A DNA stretch of 64,000 nucleotides, from assembly GCF_001194135.2 (NCBI RefSeq), contig NC_068989.1, forward strand, positions 96,669,250-96,733,249, given 5' to 3'. The notes under the pieces are model-generated. The model was not told where the DNA came from. It saw nothing but the letters and a program-made list of their open reading frames with translations, and did no database searches. Below are positions 37,500 to 51,315 of this stretch, piece after piece (position 1 is the first letter of the stretch; every line of letters starts with the position of its first letter). A program made the position numbers and the translations under genes. The stretch comes from Octopus bimaculoides (Eukaryota).

Positions 37500-38570
37500 G
37501 GCTGGGTGCCATGATAAAATTCAATATATACAAGAAGCAGGCATAAGCAACATTGATAATTCCTACAACTGCAAGGCACATTGTATACCACCACAATGTT
37601 ACCATTTGGGAAATCAGTCGGATAAAGAATGCAGACCAAAAAGAATTGGTCATGTCAATGAACTACCAATGAAAACTCACAGACATATGCAACATATTAA
37701 TTCAACTGCTTGTTCCAATCCTGTACAACAGACTCAATCAAACAAACCTAACAACAGATATAGGAATCAGGGTGTCCTCTGGTTCAACCCAATTTTCAGT
37801 TTGCGTGTTTCAACCAGGATTGCTGGAAAATTTTTTGCTGCTTTGGACAGATGTTTTCCTAAATCCAATCGGTATCATGCTATTTTTAATCAACACAACG
37901 TGAAAGTATCCAACGCCAACTCTGCTAATTTAGAGCAGCTTATTCATCGCATAAACAATAGCAAAATGTGGCAAAGGTTCAATAACCCACCTACTGGATC
38001 TAGCGAACATTTGCATCTAAATACTAACCACATTGATAAACATCAACTTCGACCAATGTGTAACAGTAGAAATACTCATGGTAACAACGCCGATAAATGG
38101 AGTCAGGACTGCCTTATATACAAATAAATATGATAAATGCTCATGCAGAGAGAAATCAAAATGTCCTTTGATGAACCTCTGTACAAATACAAATCTTGTA
38201 TATGAATGCACTGTGCACACAAGGGAAGGGCCCTATGTTTAGATTGGGCAGATGGCTGATTCATTTAAGAATCCTTATCGTAACCATGTTGCCAGCTTCA
38301 AGACAATCAATAAGAGACATTCAACATCTTTGGCAGATTTTGTATGGTGATTGAAGGAGGATAAAATGAAGTACATAACTTGGTCTATAGTAAGGTACGC
38401 GAACCCATACAATATAATTTCCAAGAGATGCCGTCTCTGCTCCGAGGAATCGCTGTCTTTTCCTGTGGACTAACGAGAAGATCATTAATAGAATTTCTGA
38501 ACAACTCTCGAGATACCTACATGCATATAAATGTTCTTTTGCACAATGCAGCAAGAATGAATTTTTGAGT
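37500..38570 (+). mobile_element. Penelope-like element: RT thumb/linker plus GIY-YIG endonuclease, degenerate
   Basis: VLWFNPIFSLRVSTRIAGKFF...CFPKSNRYHAIFNQHNVKVS; CSCREKSKCPLMNLCTNTNLVYECTV; WSIVRYANPYNIISKRCRLC. Confidence 0.8.
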
Positions 38571-38645
38571 AACCATTAACTTAATTTAATTTACTTTAAG
38601 GTATGGATGACTTAAGTTTACTTTTAACCTCCCCATTCTTATAAA

Positions 38646-38998
38646 CCGTCTTTTTAGTCGAGCAAATCGACCCCAGGACTTATTCTTTGTAAGCCCAGTA
38701 CTTATTCTATAGGTCTCTTTTTGTCGAATCGCTAAGTTATGGGGGACGTAAACTGTAAACACACCAGCATCGGTTGTCAAGCGATGTTGGAGGGACAAAC
38801 ACAGACACACACACACATATATATATACATATATACGACGGGCTTCTTTCAGTTTCCGTCTACCAAATCCACTCACAAGGCTTTGGTCGGCCCAAGGATA
38901 TAGTAGAAGACACTTGCCCAAGGTGCCACGCAGTGGGACTGAACCCAGAACCATGTGGTTGGTAAGCAAGCGACTTACTACACAGCCACTTGTGTGCC
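38646..38998 (-). mobile_element. SINE family C, most intact copy
   Basis: The rc head has an A-box-like gtggctgtgtagtaag and a B-box-like gggttcagtccc; many CpG retained; internal (TA/TG)n linker. Confidence 0.85.
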
Positions 38999-39096
<98 letters not shown>

Positions 39097-39496
39097 AAAA
39101 GACAGACAGACAGACAGAGACAGCAGTTTGAGGTGTCACAGCAACAACTAGTTAATGCAACAGCTTCGTGCAATGCATTTCTGTAAGTTTGACATTGCCG
39201 AAACTGTCCCCACATATAAACCCACACTTACTAAAAATATTTCCATACAACATTCAAAATGCTAGGACAGTCTTATTATGCATATTAATATGTTTATAAT
39301 AGACATTTTGCTTTCAGAATCTTTATTTGTAATGAACCCAGTGCTTGGTGAAAGAGATAATATTGCTTGGCATTACATAAATGCTTATGCACTCACATAC
39401 TCATATGATACGCAAATGGACAGCTTTCAATTCTGCTTAGAGTTCTTATTGCCTTAATCCACATTGAGTATCCATTTATTATTTACTCATTATCAG

Positions 39497-39557
39497 AATG
39501 GAATTGATTCAGAGAAGACGAGAGAACGCGCTTAAATTGAAATCTCTTCTAGCTACT
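39497..39557 (+). CDS. Candidate internal exon (x-MELIQRRRENALKLKSLLAT)
   Basis: atttactcattatcag| acceptor, ACT|gtaagt donor, only one open frame (phase 2 to 0), 3 CpG. Phase fits 23714-23745. Confidence 0.45.
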
Positions 39558-40269
39558 GTAAGTTTAGCCTATTTCCAAACAGATGATGAATTTGTGCCAG
39601 GATCTCTTCAACTCCCCTTCCATATAGTATTATATCACATTTGCTATAATGCAATAACCTTACTTGACAAATATTATTATTATTATTATGACGATGATGA
39701 TTATGGAAATACAATTGACATTTTTATTGAAAGTATATTATATTTTATGAATATTAAATGAGAGATAAATATAATGAAGCCTGAAATATAATTTTAGTAT
39801 CATCTTTCTCTATGTGAATGTCCTTTGCCATCTGATGGTTTATACGGATCTCCATTTGCACTTGGTTGGCACTTGTATGTGTGTGTGTGTGTTTAGAGAC
39901 AAAAGGGAAAAGCACTCTGTAAATGGCATAGGCTTTATATTCATTGGAAACCAGTTGGTGATATCCAGTATGTTTGGGTGGGGTGGAAATATGTATGTGT
40001 GTGTAAACATTGAATTAAGGTTATTGTTTCAAAGCTTTTTTTAAGAATAACAACAGAACAGTTACCAACATGCAGACTCAATACTGTGCATAGAGTCAAA
40101 TTTACTGTAAAGTTTCTGTAAACTGAGATTTCATGCTACAGTTTATTTGGCCAGTTGAAGAAGCTGTTAGATATAAATTAACATTTCACTCTACACAATT
40201 TTTACTTGTGTCTATACAGAGAGAGCTATAGCTCAATTGACTAGGAATAGAATTAAACTAGATGAGATG

Positions 40270-41400
40270 TAATTTGGTTTTGTACCTGAGAAGAGTACCA
40301 CAGATGCCATCTTCCAAGTGAGACAGCTGCAGGAAAAGTATTTGGCCCAAAACCTTTGATAGAGTTCCCTGTTCTGTTATATGGTGGTCTCTAAAAAAGT
40401 TAGGAGTAGAGGAGTGGCTTGTTAGAGCTGTACAAGCCATGTACAGTGGTGCTGTCAGTTGGATGAGAATTGGCCATGAATACAGTGATGAATTTTAAGT
40501 GCACCAGGGCTCAGTTCTCAATCCATTATTATTTATTGTAGTCCTCCAGGCCATAACAGAGGAATTCAAAATGGGATGCCCGTGGGAACTACTACATGTT
40601 GATGACCTCACTCTTATTGCAGAATCTGTAGCAGAACTGGAGAAGAAATTCCAGATATGGAAGCAAAACCTGGAATCAAAGGGTCCTAAAGTTAACCTAG
40701 CGAAGACAAAAGTTGTTAGCCCTGCTGAATTTGTAGGAAAGGTGACAGATAGACACATAAGAGGTTCAGTGGAATCTCAGGTAGATTGACGGTTAAAGTT
40801 GTCTTTGTATGTGGCAGATGTGCAGGACAGAAACATGGGAATTAGACTCTCTCAAATGCTCAGGAGGCTCTCTTGTGATTGGGGATAGTTTTTGTTACCT
40901 AGGTGACCAATTAGCAATGATGGAAGATGTTCTGAAAGTATTGTTTCTTGGATAAGAATAGGATGGAGGAAGTTCAGAGAAATTTTAGTTCTGTTGGCAA
41001 CAAAAAGACTCTCTCTCAGAGTGAAAGGTAGATTGTATGATGCTTGTGTACAAACAGCTCTACTCCATGGTAGTGAGACTTGAGCTTCGAATGCAGAAGA
41101 CATGTGTAGACTAGAGAGGAATGAAGGCAGTTTGCTGCGTTGGATGTGCGAAATCAGTATGCATGTACAACAAAATGCAAATGTGTTGAAGAGAAAAGTC
41201 GAGCATAAAAGGAATTAGATGCAACATGCAAGAGAGGAGACTACATTGGTTTGAACATGTGATGCGTATGAATGAAGAAAGCTGTATAAAGAAGTGACAA
41301 TCACTGAGAGTGGATAGCACTTATGGAAGGGGGAGACCCAGGAAGATATAGGATGAGGTGGTGAGGACCGATCTCAGGATGTTGGGCCTCACCAAGAAGA
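40270..41400 (+). mobile_element. RTE-clade LINE RT/3' fragment with stops and frameshifts
   Basis: STTDAIFQVRQLQEKYLA; HQGSVLNPLLFIVVLQAI...ELLHVDDLTLIAES (YADD-equivalent); KRLSLRVKGRLYDACVQTALLHGSET. Confidence 0.85.
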
Positions 41401-41799
41401 CCTGCCCACCTCAGCAAAACTAAGTTCTAAAAGCCTTTTGGGTCCCACCCAAATGTAACAATAATAAAACTTTTTCCCTACCCTACCCCACCATCTCTCT
41501 CCTGCTCTCTTGCACTCCTCTTCTCTCTCTCTCTCTTGCTCTTCCCTCTGACTAGTTAACCACATCTACAGCAACACACCCGTTACTGGCCTCAATCCTG
41601 ATCACTCCTTCTCTCTCTCCTCTCTCTCCCTCTATTTCTCTCTCTCTCTCCCTCCTCTCCCTCTCCTCTTTCTTTCCTTCTTTCTCTCTCTCTGACCAGG
41701 TAACCATGTATCTCCTATAAAGCAAGACACCTGTTTCTGTCTTTCTGTCTCGCTATAACCTTTCATCATCTGACACCTTCTCCAATGTCTCTCTCCTCC

Positions 41800-42140
41800 C
41801 CTCTCAAAGATTCCTTGTCTTGCAAAGTTACCAGGTGACCTTGCCAGTGCTGGTGCCATGTAAAAAGCATCCAGTCCAAACCATAAAATGGTTGTCATTA
41901 GGAAGGGCATCCAGCTGTAAAAAAGCCAAGCCAAAACTAATCTCCCTTGTGCTGGTGCCACGCAAAAAGCACTGAGTCCACTCTGCTGGGGTGGCCAGTG
42001 TTAGGAAGGGCATCCAACTGTAAAAACCTTGCCAAAACAGACAGGGAAGCATGGTGCAGTCTTCTGCCTAGCCAGCTCCTGGCAAATTGTCCAACCCATG
42101 CCAGCATGGAAAGCGGACATTAAATGATGATGATGATGAT
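41800..42140 (+). mobile_element. Family A tail, with duplicated gtgccacg-aaaagca module
   Basis: ggtgccatgtaaaaagc...aggaagggcatcc occurs twice, then ...gcggacattaaatgatgatgatg. Confidence 0.8.
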
Positions 42141-43811
42141 GTATATATGTATCACTATTATCATCATCATCATCATCATTGATTTTATGTCTGCTTTTAC
42201 ATCTGGGTCAGATGTAACTTTTTGTGGGCCAAATTTTTATTTCACCTTTCATTTAAGAAACATTACTCCAAACATACTGGCTTCATTCAGGGATAGAAGC
42301 AATTTGTGATTCTACATCATTGTCCAAATCTCAATGGAATTGACAGTATCACAATGGGATTAATCTAGCCATAAACTGGAACATTGTTGCCAAAAGCAAC
42401 AAATATAATGGGTGAGGTAGTAGATACAAGATCTGTTTAATATATTAACTTGCTGTTAAATGCACTCAATATAAGGGAAGAAGTATTCATTCCTTCTCTA
42501 CCTCTTTAAATCACAGAACTTATTCTAGTCCCAACTAAACCAAAAAATCCAACACAGCTGACCTGATCTTCCTAACCCAACATTGACCTCCAACACATAA
42601 TAGCTCAGCATTGAATTAAGAATATCATAAATTTATATTCATGTTACAATGGGTGCATGTTATGGGGTGGGGGTGGGAGCAATATTATAAATTAAGAACC
42701 ATGCAAAGTTCCCAAATGTTGTCATGTAAAATCAGATATCACAAAACAGATGACTGAAAAAGTAAAACCAGAGATGTTTTTCAGTCAAGCTGAAGGCCAA
42801 ATGTAAACTGTCCAATAATTTTGTTTGGTTGAATACGGTTCTTGTTTTATAATACTGTATTCATATATGGATATATGTGTGTGAGTGTATGTAAGATATT
42901 CTGCAGACTAACTAAATTAAAAAAACAATTAACAACATATATATTAAAATAAACATCTTTCTCTCATTGCTTCTTCCCTCTGTACTTTGGCCCTCAGAAG
43001 CTGATGGAGTCCTAAGTGCACCAGTATGACATACAACTTGTCTTGGGCATTTTCCTAAGCCCAGTGAATCCTCTGCATCTTTGTGTATTAGTGAAGCTGA
43101 TTTCATCTCCGTAGAAGGAAAGAAAACAAACCTTACTTCTGGACTACCTACTTCATATTCATTTTTTGCTTTTCTTCATGATCTCTGGGATTCATAAAGC
43201 CCAAGGCTTAATCCAGTTTCCATGGTATATAGGTGACAGACACTACAACTGTCCTTTCTGAACATGGTGCTGGTTCTGTCACAGGGTTAACTTTTTGACT
43301 ATTGCAGGAACTCATTTTACAGTTGAGTGGCCTGGAGCAATGTGAAATGAAGTGTTCTTACTTAATCACATTACTTCATCCAGGAACTGAAATCATGCTC
43401 TTATGAGTTGGAGTGCAACAATCTGACCACAAGGCCACACTTTTTCATTTCGAAGGATGAAAGGCAAAGCTGACCTCAGCAGGTTTTGAACTTGGAGAAG
43501 CAGCACAAATGCCATCATTTCAATCTATGTTATGCTCCAGTCTTGTTCAAAATAAACATACATCATAGCAGAACACAACTCTTTCTGGAAACTGGTTGCA
43601 TCTGTAAAAGATAAAAACACATCTGTCATCAGGCAGGAAATAAAGAAAAGATATTTAAATTTACACAGGTTATAAACACTTGAAACATGTCAATATTTTT
43701 GGTTATAACTTCATGGAATTTTAATTTCTTCTATTTATACATAGAATAATACGAAATATGTCAACATAAACAGCTTTAATTGCATGCACATAAATATGTA
43801 TGGATGCACAT

Positions 43812-43816
43812 ATCTA

Positions 43817-43909
<93 letters not shown>

Positions 43910-43950
43910 ATCTATCTATATCTATGTATGTATGTATGTATGTATGTATC
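43812..43950. repeat. Compound (TCTG)n(TCTA)n(TATG)n microsatellite
   Basis: Direct reading. Confidence 0.95.
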
Positions 43951-44526
43951 TATCTATCTAATATATATGTGTGTGTGTATGTATACATATGTGTATATAT
44001 GTGCATTTTTGTTTCTGTATAAATGATTATGTGTGAGTGCACCAAAGTACCTGTTTACTGTAGACATAGTAAAGTGCCCCCCCCCCACTTAATATTCACA
44101 AAGATCCTTCCCCTAAAATCGGCATCCATCTACACTAAATCTTCCCTCTTCCTCCATCTCATTTTCTTTATCTTTAACAACTTCAGACAATTCCCTCAAA
44201 CATTTGACCCTCTTCCTTCAACTTTCTTACTTACTGACCATCTTATTTCTTCAAACATTTCTGGGGATTTTTTTGGTTTTTTTATTTGGACTTCCTGCTC
44301 TGTTCTTCCAGCTTCACTAATCATTTCAAATTATATTTTTAGGGGGTTAACTTGGGATTCCTGAATGACAACATAACCTTCATATAATTCAGGTATCTTT
44401 AGCCTGGTGAGTAGTTGGCTGAGTACCCCTTGTTGAGTAATTATTATGTCAGAGGATCTGCTAGCTAGGAAACATATGTAGCCTGGATTCTACCTGCTCA
44501 GCTCTCTCAATTTATATATATATATC

Positions 44527-44740
44527 GCCTGACTGGCCTTCGTGCAGGTGACACGTAAAAGCACCCACTACACTCTCTGAGTGGTTGGCGTTAGGAAGGG
44601 CATCCAGCTGTAGAAACTCTGCCAAATTAGATTGGAGCCTGGTGTTGCCATCCGGTTTCACTAGTCCTCAGTCAAATCGTCCAACCCATGCTAGCATGGA
44701 AAGCGGATGTTAAACGACGATGATGATGATGATGATGATG
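44527..44740 (+). mobile_element. Family A tail, low divergence
   Basis: Near-identical to 25780-25971. Confidence 0.85.
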
Positions 44741-45589
44741 TATGTATGTATATTAAACTGCTAAGAGTAGATATTAGATCTTGATTTAACATTCAGGACA
44801 CCAGAAAAGGGTCAAGTCTCACACATACATAGATATATCATATGTATACATTTGTTTATATATGTACATATATAAGAATTTATATGTGTGTGTGTGTGTG
44901 TATGTGTATAAGTATACATGTACACGTAGGTTACTAATCCAATGCAAGTTAAAGATTCATGACAGCTGTTTGAGCAGCAGCATTCTTTTTCATTGATGAA
45001 TAATTTGGTTACAGGAAAAAAAAAAATCTACTCTCGTCAGGTGAATTTAAACTTAAGTAAAAGAAAAAATTCAAAACTATTCACTTTGCCAGGCAGGAGT
45101 TAATTTGAATTTTTTTCTCTTACTTATGTTTAAAATCACCTGGTGAAAGTGGATTCTGTTCATGATGTAATTGTAATTGAACTATTTATCAATAAATAGA
45201 TTTTTAAAAATGCTGCTAAAACAGATGTCATGAATCTTTAAACTCCACTTGTATTTCTCTTATTTATAAAACACCATAATCCTTGTTTTACATTTGCTCT
45301 CCACTCTGAGTAAGTTACCACATACAAAGTCAGTGCCTATTCAAAGTCATTTGCTTACCTGAGCTCTCTGAACACTTGTTGCCAGAAGCACCCATCATTT
45401 CCACATCTGTGCTGTTCATATTTAAGAGAACAATCAAACAATGGCATTACTTGAAATCAAATTGCTGCCTTCATGTATTCGTGTATGTATAAATATATAT
45501 CTTTTATTTTTACTGGTTTCATCGAAAAGCAGAGGCCATACTGGGGCACTGCTTTTCAGTGTGACGGGGTTTCTTTTCTGTACCGTTTC

Positions 45590-46400
45590 TGGTGAAGTAG
45601 TTAGTGAGTTGGATAGAGCTGCTGCTCTTCTCTGTGCCTCCTGTCACAATGTTGGTTCATCTGATGAAAATTTGTCTAGATTTTCTTTGAACACCTCCAC
45701 ATCTACACCTCGCAAATTTCTGAGGTTGTTTTGGTAGAATGATGAATAGTTGTGAACCCGTGAAACCCAAGTTGTTACATTCTCTTATTCTAGATGAAGA
45801 AGATAGAATCTTTGTACCGTCCAGTTTAGTGGCAGTTATAGCTTTTAATTCCCGATCTTCCACTTGTGTATCACTGTATATATTTCACACCTTCTCTCTA
45901 GGGAGTAGAGCTTCAGTTCCTTTAGCCTTTCCTCATAACTCATCTGTTGTACAAGTCAATCTGTTTTGCAGTGTGTTGTTTGGTTGCCTTCTGCTCTGCC
46001 ATCAGTTTGACTCTTAGAATCCATCCAGGCTACTTGCCTGCACAGTGTTACTATCTTGCTTAATATGCATATGGAATGTTGCATCATTACTCATGTGGAA
46101 TCCCCAGGTCACACATCAGCTATGACTCTGGGATTACACTAACCCCTGGTCCCATGTATTCTGTTTGTAATCTGATTGTGGGCTGATACTGGAGTGATTG
46201 AAACTTCTCAGCATTGAACTGCATGTTATTTTCATTAGTCCATTTGTATACTGCATTCAGGTGATTTTTCAGTCCTTGACTGCCTGTGTAACTTTTGTAT
46301 CATCCTCATAGCTGTTGAGACTGGCTGAGAGCTTGTCTGAGGGAGCCACCACAGACAGTAGCAGTCCCAGTACAGTTCCATGAGGGACTCCACTGAGACT
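45590..46400 (-). mobile_element. CR1/L2-like LINE fragments (RT motif and C-terminus)
   Basis: SGVPHGTVLGLLL...SYEDDTKV (SGVPQG/YADD) and LRNLRGVDVEVFKENLDKF..DEPT...RRAAA.SNSL. Confidence 0.75.
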
Positions 46401-46499
46401 TGATATCTCTCCAGATACATATGTATATGCATACACACATGGCGGCTGTCCACTCATGACCGAGGAAGACCATTGCTGACTTTTAGGAACATTGTGTGC

Positions 46500-47400
46500 T
46501 CTAAGACTAACTTATATTTTGCATTTGTGGCTCTGTTGGTGGCTAATGAGCCCTGCTCTTGACAAGCATACACGACTGCAAACATTACAAACCAAGCTTT
46601 CCCCATTCACTACACCAGCAGTGCACTTTCAAGCAGCACGCTTAAATTCTTCATGCAGAATATGTGCTTTTGCAAAGATGTTGACTCCTCCTTAACCTGC
46701 CTCCTCCATCTGTGGCAATGACAGGCATTGCTCTTCCAATCGGTCTCCTGCATATCACAGGCCTTTAATAAGGACTTGACACAGTCCTTGAATCACAGGC
46801 TTGGTTTTTGCCAGGGTCTCTTTCCACTAACAAGTTCCTCATAAAGTATCTGCTTACGGCTCCTGCTATCCTTCATTCTAATAAGGTGTCCAGTCCAACG
46901 TAACCGGTGCTTGTGCACCATCACCTCAATACTGAAGATATCAGCTTTCCTCAGGACCTGTGTCTTTGATATTTTTAAGGTCCAGCCAACATTCAGAATG
47001 TGTCTTAGACAACTGATGAAAGCAGTCAGGGACACTTACATGACATTTGTAAAGGATCCATGTCTTACATAAATAAAGGAGCGATGTTAGTACACATGCA
47101 TGGTACACAGAAATTTTTGTTTGCCTTGTGATGCCAAACTGGGACCAGACACAAAACTCAAGAGACCAGAAAGAATCATTTGCTCTCTGCAGCCTGAAAG
47201 ATATTTTATCATCCAGGGAGCAAGAACAGCTGAGTGTGCTGCCCAGGTAGACAAATTTGTCTATCACTTTCAGTATTTTTCCTTCATACGAATACAATCT
47301 GTAAGTGGAACAATAAAACTATGCAAGACTTTTCTTGGACTTAAAACGAGACATTGTTTTCATTATCTGCATTCCAAAGATGGAGCTTTGTATCTTTGTT
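46500..47400 (-). mobile_element. RTE (BovB-like) LINE 3' fragment
   Basis: LKVIDKFVYLGSTLS...TKISVYHACVLTSLLY; HRLRWTGHLIRMKDSR..KQILYEEL; terminal C2H2 CNVCSRVCLSRAGLISHQQSH. Confidence 0.85.
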
Positions 47401-49193
47401 AGAAACCAGTTCCTTCTTCAGAGGAGGAATTTAAATGCTTGAATATAGAAGAGAGAGAGAGAGAGAGAGACACACACACACACGCACGCACGCACGCACG
47501 CACGCGCACACACACACACACACACACAATGGAATTCTTCCAGGTGCCACTTATCTAATTTCATTCAGGAGGTATTCATCAATCTATGATCAAAGTAGAA
47601 TATACCAGCTGACAGCATGTACACAGTGGGTCTTAACCCCAAAATTCATGAATGGAAATTCAGTTGATCTAACAAATGAACACCTATCATCATTGAAACT
47701 GATGCAGAATTTCCCTACCATTTATTTTAGGCAATATATTCCTGACATTTATAAATCGATCCCAGTCTTAGTAGGAAGAAATTAGTTTGATAGCAGACTG
47801 CAAAGCATTTAAGAGCTGAACTTCCAAGTTCTGGTTCTAAATTTTAAAAATTACCGATGCAATAAATTGAAATGCTAAAATCATTTCAACTACAGACTGA
47901 AGGCATTTTTTTTTATCTCAAATGTTTGCTATTTATTTTATCTATTTTTCACATATTTTTTTTTTGTTTTTGTTTTATTTATCATATATACAAAAAGGGT
48001 GAACCCATCAATATTCCAATAATTGACAGTGGATAAAAAGTATGTAATCGTAATTATTTGGATAGTTAATAGTAGTACCATTTATTTGTTTTTGCTTTTG
48101 TGGACTCTTCCACACTCAAATGATTTCTAATGACAGTAATTATAATCAGTAAAATGGGTCACATGATAGTAATTCATCCTCGATACATGGGAACTAAACT
48201 ATTTCATTTCAACCATAATGTTTTAATGGAGAAAGTATGTCATGATACATAAACACAAATAGCTCAAGTCAATAAAGTATGGAATATAAAAAACCTGCAG
48301 GTCCGTGTTTCTTGTCTTATCACTGGTATTGCAATGTTTTCGTAGCCAAGGCATTTAATACTCAAATGGCCAAGTCCACCTAGGGCTCTGTATAAGTAAA
48401 ATAGAGTCATGTAGAAAGCACCCAGTACACTCTGTAAAGTGGTTAGTATTAAGATGGGCATTGAGCCACAGAAACCATGCCAAAATAAACAATGGAGTCT
48501 GGTGCAGCTCCTGACCTTACCAGATCATGTCAAACTGTCCAACCCATGCCAGCATGGAAGACAGATGTTAAGTGATGATGATGATGATGATAAGAACAAG
48601 AGTGATGTACAACTGAAAATTGTTTTCACTAACTTATAAATCTGATTTTTTTTTTACTACACCACTGACAGTGGTAGTGGTAGTGGTGGTGGTGGTCACA
48701 GCTGTAGCAGCTTCTGCTGCTGCATCTGTATAGCCCTAGGCCACAAATGTTTTGGAATGGGACACTGGTCCTATCAGAAATGAAAATCACCACTTTGATA
48801 TTAGCAGAAAATTGGAAAGACAAAGTTGACTTCAGTGGGATTTGAACTCAGAATGTTGAGAACTGGGACAAATACAACTTAGCATTCTAACACACTGACA
48901 GCTTCACCAATTTACTTCCTCCAAACCATAATTACAACATCACTATCACCACCATCATCGTTTTGACATCCATGCTGGAATTCACTGAGGAAAATTTTCT
49001 GTGACTGGATGCTCTTCCTGTTGCCAACCCTCACCTGTTTCCAAACAAAGTAATATTTCCCTGTGACCTGACATACATGCTTTCACAAAAGACTGGAAAT
49101 GAACAAACTCTCTTGTATGATAAAGATGTCCATTTACAAACATCACTTGATGTCTAGACATGGGTACACACACACACACACACATACACATTA

Positions 49194-49830
49194 TGGGGTG
49201 GCATCAAAACGTTCTCAGAATAGTTATGTTTAATAACAACAATGGTGTAAAAACAGCAACCATTGAGCTGCCTTTTTTCATCTTAGAGAAGATATGAAAG
49301 TCCATAGGTACTAAATCTGGTGAATAGGTTGGGTGCAGAAGTGATACCATGTTTTTGTCGAGAAACTCATGAGTGAGGAGGAAAGCTTGGTGATAGGTGC
49401 ATTGTCGTCAAGAAGAATGCAATTCTTTGCAGACGTTTGGATTTTGCCTGCACAGACCCATTCAACATCAGCAATATCACTGATTGTCCTCCAACTGTCC
49501 TCTTACATGATGGATCTTCTCCACATTTCAAGGGATGACATTCATGGTAGGCCTTCCAGATTGCTCATCATCTTTCAAGGATGTTCTTCTGCTTTTAAAG
49601 CACCTGTGCCACTTGAAACATTGCATACAACCCATTGCCTCATCTCTGTAATCTTGTCAAAGCATGCTCAATGTCTCTGTAGCAGACTTCCTAAGTTGAA
49701 CACAAAACTTCACTTTGGCTCTTTGTCCCTACTTGCTGTCCATGACAAAAATCACAGACATGATCACAACTTGCGATGTAAACACAACAATGCCACTCAA
49801 CACACTGTTTCATGAAGGTCACTACTGGCT
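49194..49830 (-). mobile_element. Internally deleted mariner transposon
   Basis: N-terminus QRAKVKFCVQLRKSATETLSML...CFKWHRCFKSRRTSLKDDEQSGRP and C-terminal HPTYSPDL. A TIR-like end TA|tggggtggcatcaaaacgttc lies at 49192; the other TIR was not found. Confidence 0.8.
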
Positions 49831-49939
49831 CTTAATATATGTACGCAACCACGTGTCCCCCTCCCCTCCACTTTTTAATGGGAGTTACTAGGACTGGATC
49901 AAGCATGGGTGAGAAGCCATGACCTTGTGGTTTATTAGT

Positions 49940-50390
49940 AAAATGTTTCTGGAGGTGCAGCTATGGCTGTTCTGGTTAAGAAGCGCATTTTGCACTCACA
50001 TGGTTTTGGGTTCAGTTCTACTATGCAACACCTTTGGCACTTATGTCTTCTACTATAGCACCAGGCCGATCAATGGTTTAGGCATGCAAACTGCACTGAA
50101 ACTCATTGTGTGTGTGTGTGTGTGTGTGTTTGTGTGTAGCTATGTTTCTGTATTTGCTTTTTCACCACCACCACCACCACCACTTNNNNNNNNNNTGTAT
50201 TTGCTTTTTCACCACCACCACCACCACCACTTTGGAAGCTGCTGTTGGTTTGTTTATGTTCCTGTAACTAAGCAGGTCAGCAAAAGAGACGATTAGGTTA
50301 AGTACCAGAATTAAAAATAGGTACTAGAATTGATTTGTTCAACCCTTTATGTTGGTGCACCAGCATGGCCACTGTCCTGTGCTAGAAATG
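49940..50390 (+). mobile_element. SINE family C, degenerate, containing a 10-N gap
   Basis: ggtgcagctatggct...ggttcagttc...cagcatggccactgtc. Confidence 0.7.
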
Positions 50391-51315
50391 ATTAAAAAAC
50401 GTAAATAAAAAAAAAAAGAAAAGGTAATTATTACAAGTATTATAAGCCATTATTTGAAAGTGAATGAAGCAGCAGCAGAGTCTGGCAGAACGGTTAACAT
50501 CAGAGAAACTGCTCAGCAGAATTTCATTTAGCTTTTTCCTTTCTGAGTTGAAAAATAGCTGCAGTCAACTTTGTCTTTCACCCTTTCAGAGTGAACAAAA
50601 GGAGTAGCATTTGAGCTTCCATTCAATGTGAGCTGGGTGGGGGGACATAGAAGAGATGTTATGGAATCCTTGGCAGACTAACCAAAAATATAAGCCTTGC
50701 ATGCGATAGATGCATTGGAGCTGGTATAATCACAGCAGGAATGGAATCTCTTTAATGGTGACATTGAAAAAGATCCGCCCTCATCAGTGAATCTGAGTTC
50801 TGGAAGTGCTGAAAGTATTATTCTCTGCCGATGTGACAGTGACTCATTCCCACCTCAGCTCCTACAGAATATTCAACCATGTCATCGTCCCTCTCTCTTG
50901 TCCTCTTCTGCATTGACAATTGTATCGTCTTTACTACTCCTTCTTCTGCTTGTGCTCCACCTCCCCCCGGCCGCATCCAACTCCCTTCTGCATCTCTCTA
51001 TCTCCCCACAATACATCACACCTTACTCATCTGTCCTTCAACCCTATCCCTTTCTGGCATTCTGCTTCCCCGTTCCCTCCCCTCAGTCCCCTTCCCATAC
51101 AATCTTGCCAACCAACTCTTCAACCCTCCTTCTGCCTCATTGTTATTACCAAGCTCTTGTGGTTCCTATTGTTCATTTCCTCTTTCTCTCCCCTTCCCCT
51201 AATAGATGGGAGTAGCCATGCAGATCCTCTACTAGAACCTGCACTGCAACCCCCACCCTTCTAGTCTCATAGTACAATTTCCCTACTCCCCCCCCCCCAG
51301 GGCTTACAGTTCTGT

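Noticed and set aside
37400-37500. Hammerhead ribozyme in the possible Penelope pLTR
   Set aside because: No intact CUGANGA/GAAA core or closing stems visible.
38900-38998. tRNA-like A/B boxes here and at 7800-7870 and 12270-12350
   Set aside because: These are SINE heads followed by family-specific bodies; no complete cloverleaf.
39121-39182. Exon-like QQFEVSQQQLVNATASCNAFL|gtaagt, phase-compatible with 39497
   Set aside because: Preceded by purine-rich (GA)n/(GACA)n sequence with no polypyrimidine tract, so there is no credible acceptor.
50149-50232. Direct duplication of tgtatttgctttttc(acc)n on both sides of a 10-N gap
   Set aside because: Typical unmerged contig overlap, i.e. an assembly artefact.
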